Shown one piece after another: positions 26,085-39,439 of a DNA stretch of 64,000 nt (its first letter is position 1; every line of letters starts with the position of its first letter). The notes under the pieces are model-generated. The model did no database searches. It was not told where the DNA came from and worked only from the letters and a program-made list of their open reading frames with translations. The stretch comes from Octopus vulgaris. Taxonomy: Eukaryota. A program made the position numbers and the translations under genes. The stretch spans positions 54,746,001-54,810,000 of the forward strand of contig OX597831.1 of the NCBI GenBank assembly GCA_951406725.2, in the 5' to 3' direction.

Positions 26085-26290
26085 GTACTTGTTTCAGTCA
26101 TTTGACTGCGGCCATGCTGGAGCACCGCCTTTAGAGTGGTGAAAGAGTACAGCAGGGATCACCACCTCCTGCCGGAGCCTCGTGGAGCTTTTAGGTGTTT
26201 TTCGCTCAATAAACACACACAACGCCCGGTCTGGGAATCGAAACCGCGATCCTCCGACCGCAAGTCCGCTGCCCTAACCACTAGGCCATT

Positions 26291-26294
<4 letters not shown>
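26085..26294 (-). mobile_element. Chimeric SINE: head B joined to the family C tail and poly(A)
   Basis: Minus strand reads ..CTGCTGTACTCTTTCACCACTC-TAAAGGCGGTGCTCCAGCATGGCCGCAGTCAAATGACTGAAACAAGTAC-A(n). Confidence 0.78.
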
Positions 26295-26385
<91 letters not shown>

Positions 26386-26403
26386 TGTATGTGTGTGTGC
26401 ATG

Positions 26404-26454
<51 letters not shown>

Positions 26455-26488
26455 TTGTGATGTGTGTGTGTATGTATATATGTATATG

Positions 26489-26582
<94 letters not shown>

Positions 26583-26772
26583 TACATATATACATTCGAT
26601 TAGAGGTTGTTTCATCCAAGGAAAATACTGGTTTAATACCTAACCTCTAATAGAATTTAATAATCAACTCTTATTTGTTGCTCTAGTAATAAATATATAT
26701 AAAAGGACTATATTGGCAAAATGGACCTAATTAAAATTGATATATAATAGATACATATATAAATTATATATA

Positions 26773-27997
26773 CAGGGTGCGTAAGGTATTTGAGGACATA
26801 CCGTCTTTGCTGCATTTTTGCTAACTCTGTATAATCTTTGTGTCAGAAAATGGCAGACCCTCAGCTTATTCAAGAAATGAAGAGGCATGCTGTTATTGTG
26901 GTTATAAAGGCTGAGCATAGCGATTTAGAAATATCTCGATCTTTAAAAGTTGCCAGATCTTTCATCTACAAAGTTTGTAAGGAACTAGAGACTGAAGATG
27001 GAAACGTATCACCAGTATCAAAACATAAAAAGCATTCTAAACGCTCTGAAATCATCAGAATACCTGAATTTATCCAGCAAGTTCACCAGACCATTGATTA
27101 CAATTCCAGAAAGTTCATGAGGTCAATTGCAAAAGATCTCCATGTGTGAGAAGGAACAGTCAGAAATGATGTCCACGAAGACATCAGATATAAATCTTAT
27201 ATGATAAGGAATGGTCAATTTGTCAGAAAAAAACAAAAGAAAATCACTACATCAGATATAAAATGCTCTTATATAAACTGAAAAATCCAGCAGAAGATTT
27301 TATTTGTTTTCTCAAACGAGAAAAACTTCGACCAAGATCAAAAAGTTAACAGAAGAAATGACAGATCGTTTTGTGCAGACCCTTCTGAAGTTCTAAGTGT
27401 TATGCATACAAAATTTCCTGCAACGGTCTTGGTTTTAGAGGTTGGCGGCAATTCAGGACATGTGATGCCACATTACTTCTTTCCACAAGTCCTTAGAGTT
27501 AACTCTGCCGCCTACATCGGGGTCTTAGAAATAATTCTTAAGCCCTGGATAGACAGTGTATGCAATAAGTGTTTTAGTAAGACTCTTCAATATCACACAT
27601 GGCTCTAGTAACACAGGCATGGGTGGTTGAAAATTTTCATGATCACATCCTAACATTTGGCCACCTAATTCCTCAGATCTCAATTCATTGGACTATTACA
27701 TGTGTAGCGCTGTTGAGAGAGAGGTCAATGAATATGCCCATAACACCAAAGATCCTTTGAAAGCTACCATAGTCAGAGTATGACAAAATGAACCAAGACC
27801 ATTTGATTCGAGTATGTAGGTGATTTAGATCTCATATAGAACCAATTATTGAAGCTGAAGGTAGCTTTATCGAATAACATTATAGAAAAGGTTTATCCTC
27901 ATGGCATTTTTTGATAAATAAAGTTATCTGTGGTTATATATGTGTTTTTTTTTTTTAAATAAACATAAATCTGTCCTCAAATATCTTACGTACACTG
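26773..27997 (+). mobile_element. Tc1/mariner maT-like (DD37D-type) transposon, full length, pseudogenised
   Basis: TIRs CAGGGTGCGTAAGGTATTTGAGGACA / TGTCCTCAAATATCTTACGTACACTG with TA flanks. Motifs FSNEKNFDQDQKVNRRNDR, TKFPATV and WPPNSSDLNSLDYY. Confidence 0.9.
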
Positions 27998-28068
27998 TAT
28001 GTATATAATTATATATAGAGTATATTATAGTTTATGCTTACATACCTCTCTCTCTCTCTCTCTCTCTC

Positions 28069-28117
<49 letters not shown>

Positions 28118-28505
28118 TAGACGTCGCCCTAACGTCACATTCACACTTGAGCGACATCAACGTTGCTCTTTTTGGATACAGCAACAGTGATTCAACGGAC
28201 TGTGACATCTATAATTGTGTTTCTTCATCGTAGCTGTGCACCCAATTTTCCTCACCTACACATCAGTTCTTCCCCAAGGCCAGGCATGGGAAAAAATATC
28301 GTGAAAGATTAGCTGTTGCGAATATATACATATCTTCCGTCTCTATGTTACCCATGTTGTTCAAAGGAAAGGCCAAGGCCGGTACTCAATGATCTTAGTG
28401 TCGACACAAAACAAATACCATGTCAATAAAAAAACAGAAGACACAGCAAGATATTTCGTCTGACGCTCTATCAATTTTATCAATTTTATCAATTAACACA
28501 CGCAT

Positions 28506-28577
<72 letters not shown>

Positions 28578-28840
28578 TCAAAAACAAAAGGCTTTCAGAA
28601 CTTATCATTTTTTAAGCATAATATGCTATCGTTAAACATAATATGCTAATCGTTAGAAAAGCGATTTAGTTATGCTGAAACAAAAAGGGAAAATGAATTT
28701 AAATGAATTACATTTATCTTTCATGATCAGTACTGGAAATTCACATGAATGGTGATCCATGGTAAAGTTCTCAAAGCATTTTCCTTTAGTTTTTCAATAT
28801 AAATTTACTCGTATGAAAACTCTAAACCTTTATATATATA

Positions 28841-29237
28841 CTAGCAGTATCGCCCGGCGTTGCTCGGGTTTGTAAGGGAAATAACTATATAAGCATTTTT
28901 AGAGAGCTATAGCCAAAAAATAGCAAAAAAATGCATTAAAAATGGAAAAAAAATGATAGTAATTTTTTTTTAAATCGTTGACTCATCGTAGACATTTTTA
29001 GAGAGTTACTTCCCTTATATAATAGCGAAAAAATGCATTAAAATGGAAAAAAATGATGGTAAATTTTTTTTTAAATCGTAGACTCATCGTAGACGCGCCC
29101 TAATACCCAGAATGGCTCGATATGAATCACGACTATAAGATACCCGGTTTTGGTTAAACTGCACCACAAAATGTGGGAGTAGTTAGGAATCTAAATTGTA
29201 GGAGACAGACACACAACTTGACTTTTATATATAAAGA
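28841..29237 (-). mobile_element. Complete non-autonomous Helitron
   Basis: Minus strand A|TC(29237)...CCCGAGCAACGCCGGG hairpin...CTAG(28841)|T, no TSD. Internal ~70 bp duplication. Confidence 0.85.
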
Positions 29238-29790
29238 TAAGCACCAAGCATAGAGCAGGCTACAGTAAGGTAGCCACACAATTTCGTAACAGTGCTATTT
29301 CTACGTACAGAATAATACAGTACCTTAACCCCAAAATGTTGTCCTGTTCGTGAAATACTAGAGTCGACTTTTATACGAGGTCTATGGAAAATTCCCAAAT
29401 TTTTGGCCCTGAATAGGAGCTTGACTTTTATAAGAGATCGACTATTACACGAGTATATATGGTAGTTATGTGTGTATGTATGTGAATATATGTGTGTGTG
29501 TGTATGTATGATTGTGTATACCTCTTTGTTTGTTTCTGCGTATGTGTGTATGTAGTGTGTGTGTGTGTGTGTGCGTGTGTGTGTGTAGAGAGAGAGAGAG
29601 AAGCATATTAATGTAGAAACACCAACATTTGACAAATGTTCGTGGCTGAGTAAAGAACTATAGCTTCTGGGTAGTTGCTCGACCTACTTGTTTGTGCATG
29701 TGTGTATAGGCACAGACTCACACACACATACCTATTTATATATATTGTTTATTTCGAACTCAAATATTTACCTGTAATCATCTCACATCG

Positions 29791-29836
29791 TCCCTGATGA
29801 AGGGATATCCATAATATCCTAGAAACAGCTGTAAGA
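29791..29836 (+). ncRNA. Minimal type-I hammerhead ribozyme motif within a pLTR-like unit
   Basis: TCC-CTGATGA-A-GGGATAT CCATA ATATCCT-A-GAAA-CAGCTG-TA-AGA. Palindromic stem III ACAGCTGT, weak stem I with one mismatch. The unit ends at (TATG)n near 29915. Confidence 0.72.
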
Positions 29837-30027
29837 TAATATCTATATTTTTTTCCTTATAAATGTTCTGAAAACTCCTCACAGTCCTAGCTTTGTTATC
29901 TCATTTTGTCTTATGTATGTATATATTTATGTATGTATGTATGTATGTATGTATGTATGTATGTATGTATGTATGTATGTATGTATGTATGTATGTATGT
30001 ATGCATGTATGTATATATATATATATT

Positions 30028-30767
30028 TCTCTTTGTGTTTAGATGTACACTATTTATATATATATATATATAAATAGTGTACAATTAAACACAAAGAGAA
30101 ATTACCTATACCTGGCAATTTCTACACGCTAGGAGACAGTCAGAACGACCGAAACCCCCAAAATATAAGCAATTTCAAAGGGAATGAAAAAATAAAAACT
30201 TTTACCTTGTTTTTACGGTTATACCTATAGGTTTCGGATTTTTTAATAAAATAAGATAATTTACTAGGCAAATCCTTTTCAGTAACCGAGTCATCAAAGA
30301 CTAAACTATAATTATGAGACCAATACCACGTATCTCATCTTTATCTGTTGTAATTTTTTCAAAATCCATCATGCAAGCGCAGTTTCAGTCGGCAGAAAAT
30401 AAAAAATGCCGAAACGAACTATTATCGATACTTAGATATCTATATAGGGTAATAACTTTTTACAAATTTCACTACCAGTGGCCTAGTATGTATAAAAAGT
30501 CAACAGACGACATATTATTCAATATAACATAGTGTACATTTAAACACAAAGAAGAGGATTTGCCTAGTAAATTATCTTATTTACCAAAAAAGATCCGAAA
30601 CTTATTGGTATAACCGTAAAAACAAGGTAAAAGTTTTTATTTTTTCATTCCCTTTGAAATTGCTTATATTTTGTGGTTTTTCGGTCGTTTTGACTGTCTC
30701 CTAGCGTGTAGAAATTGCCTGTTATAGGTAATTACTCTTTGTGTACACTATTTTATATTGAATAATA
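30028..30767. mobile_element. Composite inverted pLTR-like structure with hammerhead motifs
   Basis: ~30065-30277 is inverted to 30556-30752. The terminal motif TGTACACTAT occurs 4 times in alternating orientation (~30045+, ~30075-, ~30530-, ~30743+). Confidence 0.82.
30216..30288 (-). ncRNA. Type-I hammerhead motif with extended stem II
   Basis: Minus strand: CGGTTA-CTGAAAA-GGATTT..AAATCC-GAAA-CCTATAGG-TA-TAACCG. The core has G8A here, but the truncated plus copy at 30551 retains GAAGA. Confidence 0.72.
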
Positions 30768-31075
30768 CTCAGCTGCCCACCGTTGCACTGTTGATAAAGC
30801 TGGAGCGTCATCCCCTGATGTAGCAACCAGGTTGGTATGAATGTCCTAGGAGGCTGAACCCCTTTTGTGCAGGTACTTGATAACACCATGATGCCAAATT
30901 TTGTCCATTTTCAAGAGAAGTTTGCTACTAGCTACATATGAAGTTTTCTTTGAACAGTCAGGTGTCAGTTTGCCTGGAACGAAACAATGCAGTCTTAAAT
31001 TCATGAATGCAAGGTTTCATAGCTCTAGCATCACTCCTTCATAGTCAGCCTATGGGCTTCTCAGCCCACTCTCAT
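30768..31075 (-). mobile_element. mariner 5' end fragment
   Basis: MDKIWHHGVIKYLHKRG..DIHTNLVATSGDDAPALSTVQRWAAE, with a TIR-like TGAGAGTGGGCTGAGAAG at ~31075. Confidence 0.72.
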
Positions 31076-31598
31076 ATACATACATACATACATACATACA
31101 TACATACATACATACATACATACATACATACATACGTACATACGTACGTACATACGTACATACGTACATAAATACATACATACATACATAAATACATACA
31201 TACATACATACATACATACATACATACATACATACGTACATACGTACATATATACATACATACATCCATACATACATACATACGTACATACGTACATACA
31301 TACATACATACATACATAAATACATACATACATACGTACATACATACATACATACATACATGCATACATTCATACATACATACATTCATACATACATACA
31401 TACATACGTACATACATACATACATAAATACATACATAAATACATACATACATACATACATACATACATACATACATACATACATACATACATACATACA
31501 TACATGCAATACTACCCTGTTGATGTTGTTGAAATTCCGATGAAGGGACCTTAGAAACCAGATTTTTCTCCATACATGCATGCATACATACATACACA

Positions 31599-31910
31599 GT
31601 GAAGGTGCGTGGCTTAGTGGTTAGGGCATCCGACTCACGATCGTAAGGTCGTGATTTCAATTCCAGATGATGTGTTGTGTCTTTGAGCAAGACACTTTAT
31701 TTCACTTTGCTCCAGTCCACTCAGCTGGCAAAAAAATGAGTAGTACCTGTATTTCAAAGAGCCAGCCTTGTCACAATCTGTAAGAACTACGTTGAGGGTA
31801 CACGTGTCTGTGGCGTACTCAGCCACTTGCACATTTATTTCACGAGCAAGTCGTTCCGTTGATCGTATCTGCTGGGACCTTCGTCATCGTAACAGACGGA
31901 GTGCACCTCT
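31599..31910 (+). mobile_element. SINE with head A and tail Y
   Basis: 5' half matches the 1464 family (GTGTCTTTGAGCAAGACACTT..CTCCAGTCCACTCAGCTGGC). 3' half matches the 6491 family (GTACCTGTATTTCAA..CGTAACAGACGGAGTG). TSD TACATACACA. Confidence 0.85.
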
Positions 31911-32171
31911 TACATACACACACGCATGCACACACACAGATAACGTCAGAGGGTGTCTTGAGTCTGAAGCTCATTGGAGTTCGCAAATATTTGAGGTGGA
32001 AAACAGTTCCTGCCGACACAATTTCATCACTATTCAACTGTCGATTTGCTACAAGGATAACTTTCTGAGTTTATACTCGAGGCAACGCTTGGTATCTCGG
32101 TTAGTACATGTGCACATGGGGAGGGTTTGTGCGTGCGAGTCGGTGAGTTTGTGTGTAAGAGTGTGTATAAA

Positions 32172-32203
<32 letters not shown>

Positions 32204-32504
32204 AGAAAAGAGGATAGGGCGCAAGAGAGAGAAAGAAAGAGAGAGAGAGAGAAAAAGAAAGAGAGAGAGAAGGAAAGAAAGATAGATAGAGAGAGAGAGA
32301 AAAAAGAAAGAGAAAGAAAGAAAGAATGAGATGGGGAAGGAGAGAGAGAGAGGGGGGGAGAAAAGAGGATAGGGCGCAAGAGAGAAAAAGAAAGAGAGAG
32401 AGAAAGAAAGAAAGATAGAGAGAGAGAGAAAAAAAGAAAGAGAAAGAAAGAAAGAAAGAAAAAAAGAAAGAAAGAAAGAAAGAAAGAAAGAGAGAATGAG
32501 ATGG

Positions 32505-32535
<31 letters not shown>

Positions 32536-32861
32536 AGAGAGAAACTGTAGATTAGATGTGGTTATTCGACTTAAACTGGGACAGAGCAATCATCCGTGCC
32601 TGAGAATTCAGAACGTGAAAAGTCTGAGCAGCAAAGCATTTTCTTAGGCGCTCTGTATTTACTGAATGAGTGTGAATATGTAAGAGCAAGTGCGAGTATA
32701 TGCATACGTGCGTCTGTGAGAGGGAGAGAGGAGTGTGTCTATGTGCAAGCATATATGAGTATGCATATGAATATATTTATACTTATGTATGAGTGTCTGT
32801 TTATAAGCATATATGTGTGTGTGTGTGTGTATACGTATAAATATATATATATAGGTTCAGA

Positions 32862-33395
<534 letters not shown>

Positions 33396-34187
33396 CAAAT
33401 TTGTTGTTGAAAATGCACCTAAATTTGAAAAACTTGTAATTGTTTAATATAAATTTATTTACATATATATCAAACTAGTTTCAACAATATTTTGGGTTTA
33501 TCAATGGTAACAATTCAGAATTATGAATTAGAAAAACATGTTTAAAAGTTTCAATGTTGACAAGTTTAAATGTTCATAACAGTCGATAATATAAAAACTG
33601 TCCAACTTGTTTAAATGTACAAAGTTCATTAGTGTTAGTAGTTATCGACAAGAAATAAATATCATCAAAGTTTCAGGAGAAAAACAAGGGAGAAATAAAG
33701 ATAGTCAAAAAAGGGATTTAGTTTACAATTTCTCTTATTCTCTTTCCGTCGTTGGAGGAATCTTCGCTTGTAACGGTGTGTTTTGGAATCCGCTGTATTT
33801 ATAATTTTTTCCGCGAGCGGATTTGATTTTTGATTCATTAAAATACTGGTGACCTCTTGTTTTTCCGGTGGTCAAGGTTGCCATTCTGCCTGGTTGGCTT
33901 CCCTGTGGAGAACAGTCATCAACCATTCTGGTTGTTTGATTCTCTTAAAGGGTCATTTTGTTGTATATACTGAAGTTCGGTTTCTATCGGAGATAAAATT
34001 TCATTGCTCTGAAGTTAGGTGACGCCAGCAACTGGTGTTTGTAAAATTTAATTGGTCGAGAGATAGGTGATGTCGGTAACCGGTGTTTGTACGAGTTATT
34101 GTATGGTGATTTGGAGTTGCGGTTTCGAAAACCGCGTGGAAGATTGTTACTAAAGTTTTTAAAATTGTCTGTTGTTCCTGGTTGTTT

Positions 34188-34221
<34 letters not shown>

Positions 34222-34269
34222 AATTGAGTCTTTTTTTCTTTTTCACTTTAGTGTTTTTATTCTTTCTAA

Positions 34270-35715
34270 GGAATGCTTTCCTTATTCAAACGGAATCGTG
34301 TTGAAGTGTTTGCGGTACATTGATAGAGAGGGAAGATTTGGCATTTCGAATTTATGTTTACAGGGCATTGGCCTAGGTATTTGCTTATGGGAATTTTCCT
34401 AGTCGTGGGGTCCCGGGTTTGTTGCCTGGGCACCGTTAGTCAGTCCCTCAAGGTTAAGCTAGTTTGACCAATGTAGTCTCCACCACACCCTCCACATTTG
34501 AGGACATAGATTAAGTTCTTCGAAGCACAGATAAATGTTTGACCTGACTTAAACTTGTAAGTTGAGCCCTCTAAGAGGAAGACGCAAGTTCCGTAGTTAG
34601 AGCGGTTGCACTTTTTGGCTAGTGGGGTTGTATTTTTGGTAGGTAATTTGGCACTGGTGAGTAACTTTTTTAGGGATTGCGGTTGTCTCTTGCTTTTGAT
34701 AATCCTATATGTTTCCAGTACCTTTTTCATTCGCAAGTCTTTCGTAAGGAGGGGTAAGTTTTGGTGGATGACGTTGTATGCTTCCCTGTTCCTCGGATTG
34801 TGTGTTGATACGTAAGACAAAGTTTTAAGTGTGTCATGGTGCTTTCTTGTTTTCCGAAACTCTTGAATGTCTATCATTTTTGCACGTTCTATTCCGTTTT
34901 TGATTAGACTAGCCGGGTATTTTCTAGCTAGTAATGTGTTTTAAGTTCTTGGAGTCGCTTTTCTCGGGTTTCGGGATTTGATGCAATCGTGAAAATTCTT
35001 CTTGCTAAGTTAAACGGTATATTTATTTTAGTATGTTTTGGGTGGCAGCAGGAGAATAGAAGATATTGTTTTGAGTCCGTTGGTTTCAATTTCAGTATCT
35101 CTTTTTATGATTAAGATGTCCAGGAAGATGTTTGTGGTTGTATTCCACTGTTGGTTAAGTTTTTAAATTTTGAGAGTTGTTCAAGGTTATGTGGCCACAG
35201 AATGAAACAGTCATCCAGGTAGCGTTTTCAGTTGGTGAGTAAGTATTTTTGGAAGTTGTCTCCAAATTTCAGTCTTGCGATGTTCGTATATTTGGACTTC
35301 TAAGTAAGCCATGACAAGATTAGCAAAAGTAGGGGCTACCATCGTTCCCATCGCCGTGCCAGAATTTTGTCTATAGTGTTCTCGTTGAAGTTGAAGAAGT
35401 TTTTCTGTAAGATGAATTTTATTCCTTCAACGATGAATTCTTCTTCGATTCGGTCAGGAATATCATTTGGGAACTTTTCCAGCCAATATTGTATCACTAT
35501 TATTCCGTATTCGTGAGGAATCGAGGCGTAGAAGTTTGTTACTTGCTGGTTTTGTTCGGGAGATGGTTAAAAAATTCAGATCATCCCTTATAAAGCTCTG
35601 TATATATGTTGGAGAATAGGTTTAAGGAGGACGTCAATAAAGTTACTGAGTCTGTGTGTCTCACACGAGGGACCGGCCACAACTGATCTCATTTTGAGAT
35701 CTCTTGGGTGTGGAA
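34270..35715 (-). mobile_element. Penelope-like element (Neptune-type): RT, Cys motif and C-terminal GIY-YIG endonuclease, decayed
   Basis: Motifs AGPSCETHRLSNFIDVLLKP, SGTAMGTMVAPTFANLVMAY, KRYLDDCF, KKCNRSNYGTC and CASKNLIYVLKCGGCGGDYIGQTSLTLRD. Confidence 0.9.
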
Positions 35716-35884
35716 TATATATATAACAAAAAGTAAATTATAAATAACCTTGCTCTCGATTGGATAAGATGAATATATATGGGACTGCAGGAGAGAAGCG
35801 CTCAAATGATATTGAGCCAGATACACATATCAATAATATAATTTAAGAACAAACATCGAATTCAGGTTAACGAACTTTATATAT

Positions 35885-36200
35885 CCATGCGTCCAGTTTC
35901 CATCTGCTGAGATTGTGCTGCCAATGTACTTGAAGCTCTCCATGCACTTCAGCTGGACTTCCTAAATGGTGATGTTTGGCTGGGGGTTATTTCTGTTCGG
36001 GACTGCTTGGACTAGGATCATTGTTTACCCAAGGTTGATGGTTAGTCACGGGACAGCATCCGCCTCAATCCAATCAACAGAATATCGTTGTGAAATCTGT
36101 GGGCGCCAGTGTGCTTCCAGCTTTGGACTACGGAGTCATATTCGCTCTCATCGCTGAGGACACAGACTTTGTCATCGTCGGACACTGATGGACTACCAAC
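35885..36200. mobile_element. RTE LINE fragment with an inverted 5' segment
   Basis: 35885-36045 minus: KTMILVQ..ESFKYIGSTISADG. 36046-36157 plus: YRCEICGRQCASSFGLRSHIRSHR* then a short RTE-type 3' UTR. Confidence 0.72.
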
Positions 36201-36439
36201 TCTTCTGGTAATTTCCCGACATTCATGGTCACAAATGAGGACGGCCATAGGCATGAAAACCGAATTGAAAACAGCAAGTTTGACTATTTTACCAACTTCT
36301 CCTCTTCAGAGGATCGAACGCTGGGCTGGTGCATCACTGTGCGGTTCTATCATACACAACACAATCACTATCAAATAGAATAAAACAACTCATACAACAT
36401 AGACACCTCATCAGGAACTAGTAACTTTCATTTTGTAAT

Positions 36440-36590
36440 GGCAAAAACAGGATCGCATTTGTATTCTTTAGGATGTTAAATTTTAGTACAAAGCTGCTTT
36501 CTAGGCTTTCCTTTAGATTCTCCTCTTCCTTTAAAGTAGCCATTACAATCAGTATACAATCTATGTATCTAGTGTATATTATGTACTTAC
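36440..36590 (-). mobile_element. PLE RT remnant
   Basis: YTRYIDCILIV...LESSFVLKFNI..ILFL resembles the PLE RYxDD..LKFT..FLD region. Confidence 0.5.
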
Positions 36591-37062
36591 GTTTTAATAT
36601 TATTGTTTTCTCTCTGTATAGGTTGAATGCTGCAAACTCATGACCACTCCATCTGTCATTGTACATACACAGTAAGTACACTTAGGACGTTATCTATCAT
36701 GTCCTCCTTTCATATGACGAAGGAGATTTGACTGGAATTTCTAGCAGTTGAGGATTTAGTTGAACAAATAGACCCTAGTAGTTAATCTTTTTAAGTCTAG
36801 TATCTATTCTATCACCATCTCCTGCTGGCGAAGCGCTAAGTTACAGGGATGTAGACAAACACTGGTCGTCACTCGAACGGCGTTTTCGGACGATTACAGT
36901 TTTTGTTAGTATATATGTATACAATCATGTGCTTTGACTACAACATTAGAGCATTTTAGCTCTTATTTCTAGCAATTTAGGTGTTTCTAACACCCTAGTT
37001 ACATTTAGTAACGATTATAATTTTCTTTTTTGGTGAAACATTTCAAACAGCTGTCATCATTA

Positions 37063-37106
<44 letters not shown>

Positions 37107-37399
37107 GAAGGAAAGAAAATGGAGAAAATGTGGATATATGAATAATTTTTTTGTATGATATGAAAATGTTTGAAAAGTATTTTTAAAAACATAACAATAC
37201 AAATAAATTAATTATAAATTGTAAAGCTCAAAAAATTCGAAAACACCTACATATGTTTCAGGACTATCCCCTAGTTGAAAAGGAATTCTAAGCATTTGGT
37301 TAAAATATAAGGAAGGTATCATTTTTTAACTATGTGGGGCAGTACCTCTTCAGGGTTATTATGAGCTTATAGAACTTAGGTTAAAATGTTTTCCTTTGA

Positions 37400-38025
37400 A
37401 GGATGCATACAAAATACTAGTCTACAAACCTACATGATGTCAGACAATTCTTGATAAGAAACATGTTGGTCATTTAAAAAGAGCTTTATCTCATTTAAGC
37501 ATTCAACAAATCGTTTCAGAACCAAACCTCGACTAAACCATCGAACATCGTTGTACATTTTCAGTTCTTTATACACAGATTCTACTTCATTCAGTAAAAC
37601 TTGAAAGTGTCTCTTATTTAAAGCCCGAGCAGAAATGTAAATATCAACCTTGTTAACAGTCTGCATCACTTCCTGAAGTTCCTTCACGCCAGCTTTTGCA
37701 CATAAAAACCTCCTCACGTACGACGCAATGAAAACCTATCAGTGTATGATCAACTTCCTTTACAAACAGATTTACAAATCCTGCCTTCTCACCAGTCATG
37801 CTGGGAGCACCAGCTGTTGTGACGGATACTACTACTTTTGAAAAGTCAATTTGTCGAGAAGGGAATTCGTTCACTGCTGATTTACATATTTCAATCCCGG
37901 TAGTACGCTCAGGCAGTGTTAGAAGAGCAACCATCTCTTCACATATTTCATCACATTTACAAATTCGAGAAAAAATGGATAGTCAAGCCAAAAGTGTAAT
38001 GTCCGTACTTTCATCAATACAAATA
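37400..38025 (-). mobile_element. hAT (Buster/SPIN/Charlie-like) transposase fragment
   Basis: DESTDI, TTGIEI, SVTTAGAPSMTGEKAGFV, FHCVVREE.LCAK and VRWFSRGLVLKRF motifs. Confidence 0.88.
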
Positions 38026-38029
38026 TAAA

Positions 38030-39377
38030 ACTGAGCAGGTTCACGAGGCTTACACATCCCATTTCCCTGTCGGCTAGCCCCACCCAATCCACACGTGCAT
38101 CCAAGATGGTATTCCAGTCGCCCATTAACACTAAGGAGCGAGACTTCTCAAGAAAGACCTCCAAACGTCTAAAGAAATCCGGCTGACCCGCGCTCCGGTT
38201 GGTGCGTACACAGAGACCAGTCTAAAGGCAATGCCTTCGTTAGCATTCACGTCCAGTACCACCATCCTACCTTCCGGGTTCAGGAAGACCGATCATATCT
38301 CGAGATCCAGGCCTTTTCTGAACAACACCTGCCCACCCCATTCCTGGTCGGCTAAGAGATGCATAGATCTCATAAACATAAAAAATTGGCGCTAAGGCGC
38401 GTGTACGAAATCGTGGTCCCAATGGCAGCTATTACGTCTAATTTTCGCCGCCTGAGGTCATTGAGCAAGCGACCTTGCTTCCATGACGACCCCAGGCCGC
38501 GTTCTGCCCACTCTAAGCAATACCATGTTGGACGATGGGAATGTGTGACAGTAGGAGAGAGTTACTTACCAAGGATTTGTAGGGAAGTGGGAGCGCCTAC
38601 TCCGGTCCTCTCGTTGGATGTGGGTTTTTTCCCCAGCAGTTCCTTGTAAAGTCTATTGCTGAGGTCCTTTTGAAAGTCCCCTACAAACTGGGGATCTCTA
38701 GATTTTAAAATTTTATGGTCACTTTGAGTAGCTTTGAATATTTTTATGTGTACCGGTATATATGTGGTTGGATTCATTAATATCCATGTGTTTGTGGATG
38801 TGTTCTACTAATTCGTCATTTTTGTGCTTATAGCGTGAGATTTATAATCCTTTCTACTATAGGCACAAGGCCTGAAATTTGTGGGGAGGGAGTAAGTCGA
38901 TTTCATCGACCTAAGTGTTTCACTCGTACTTAACTTATCGACCCCGAAATGATGAAAGGCGAAGTCGACGTCGGCGGAATTCGAACTCAGAACGTAGCAA
39001 CAGACGAAATACCTATTTCTTTACTGCCCACAAGGGGCTACACACAGAGGGGATAAACAAGGACAGACAAACGGATTAAGTCGATTATATCGACCCCAGT
39101 GCGTAACTGGTACTTATTTAATCGACCCCGAAAGGATGAAAGGCAAAGTTGACCTCGGCGGAATTTGAACTCAGAACGTAGCAACAGACAAAATACCGCT
39201 AAGCATTTCGCCCAGCATGCTAACGATTCTGCCAGCTCGCCACCTTAGCCGAGAGATTTATAATGTCTGGTTTATGATCATTTGGTGGAATGCAGTCCAT
39301 CTGTTGTGTATGTAGGTTATGTTGTGTTTGTGGTGGTTGTGGAGGTTGTGGTGGTAGTGGTGGTGATGATGTTATTG

Positions 39378-39439
<62 letters not shown>

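Noticed and set aside
35225-35235. In-frame TGA before KRYLDD in the PLE RT as possible selenocysteine
   Set aside because: The position is normally Trp (TGG>TGA decay), the copy has many other lesions, and no SECIS was found.
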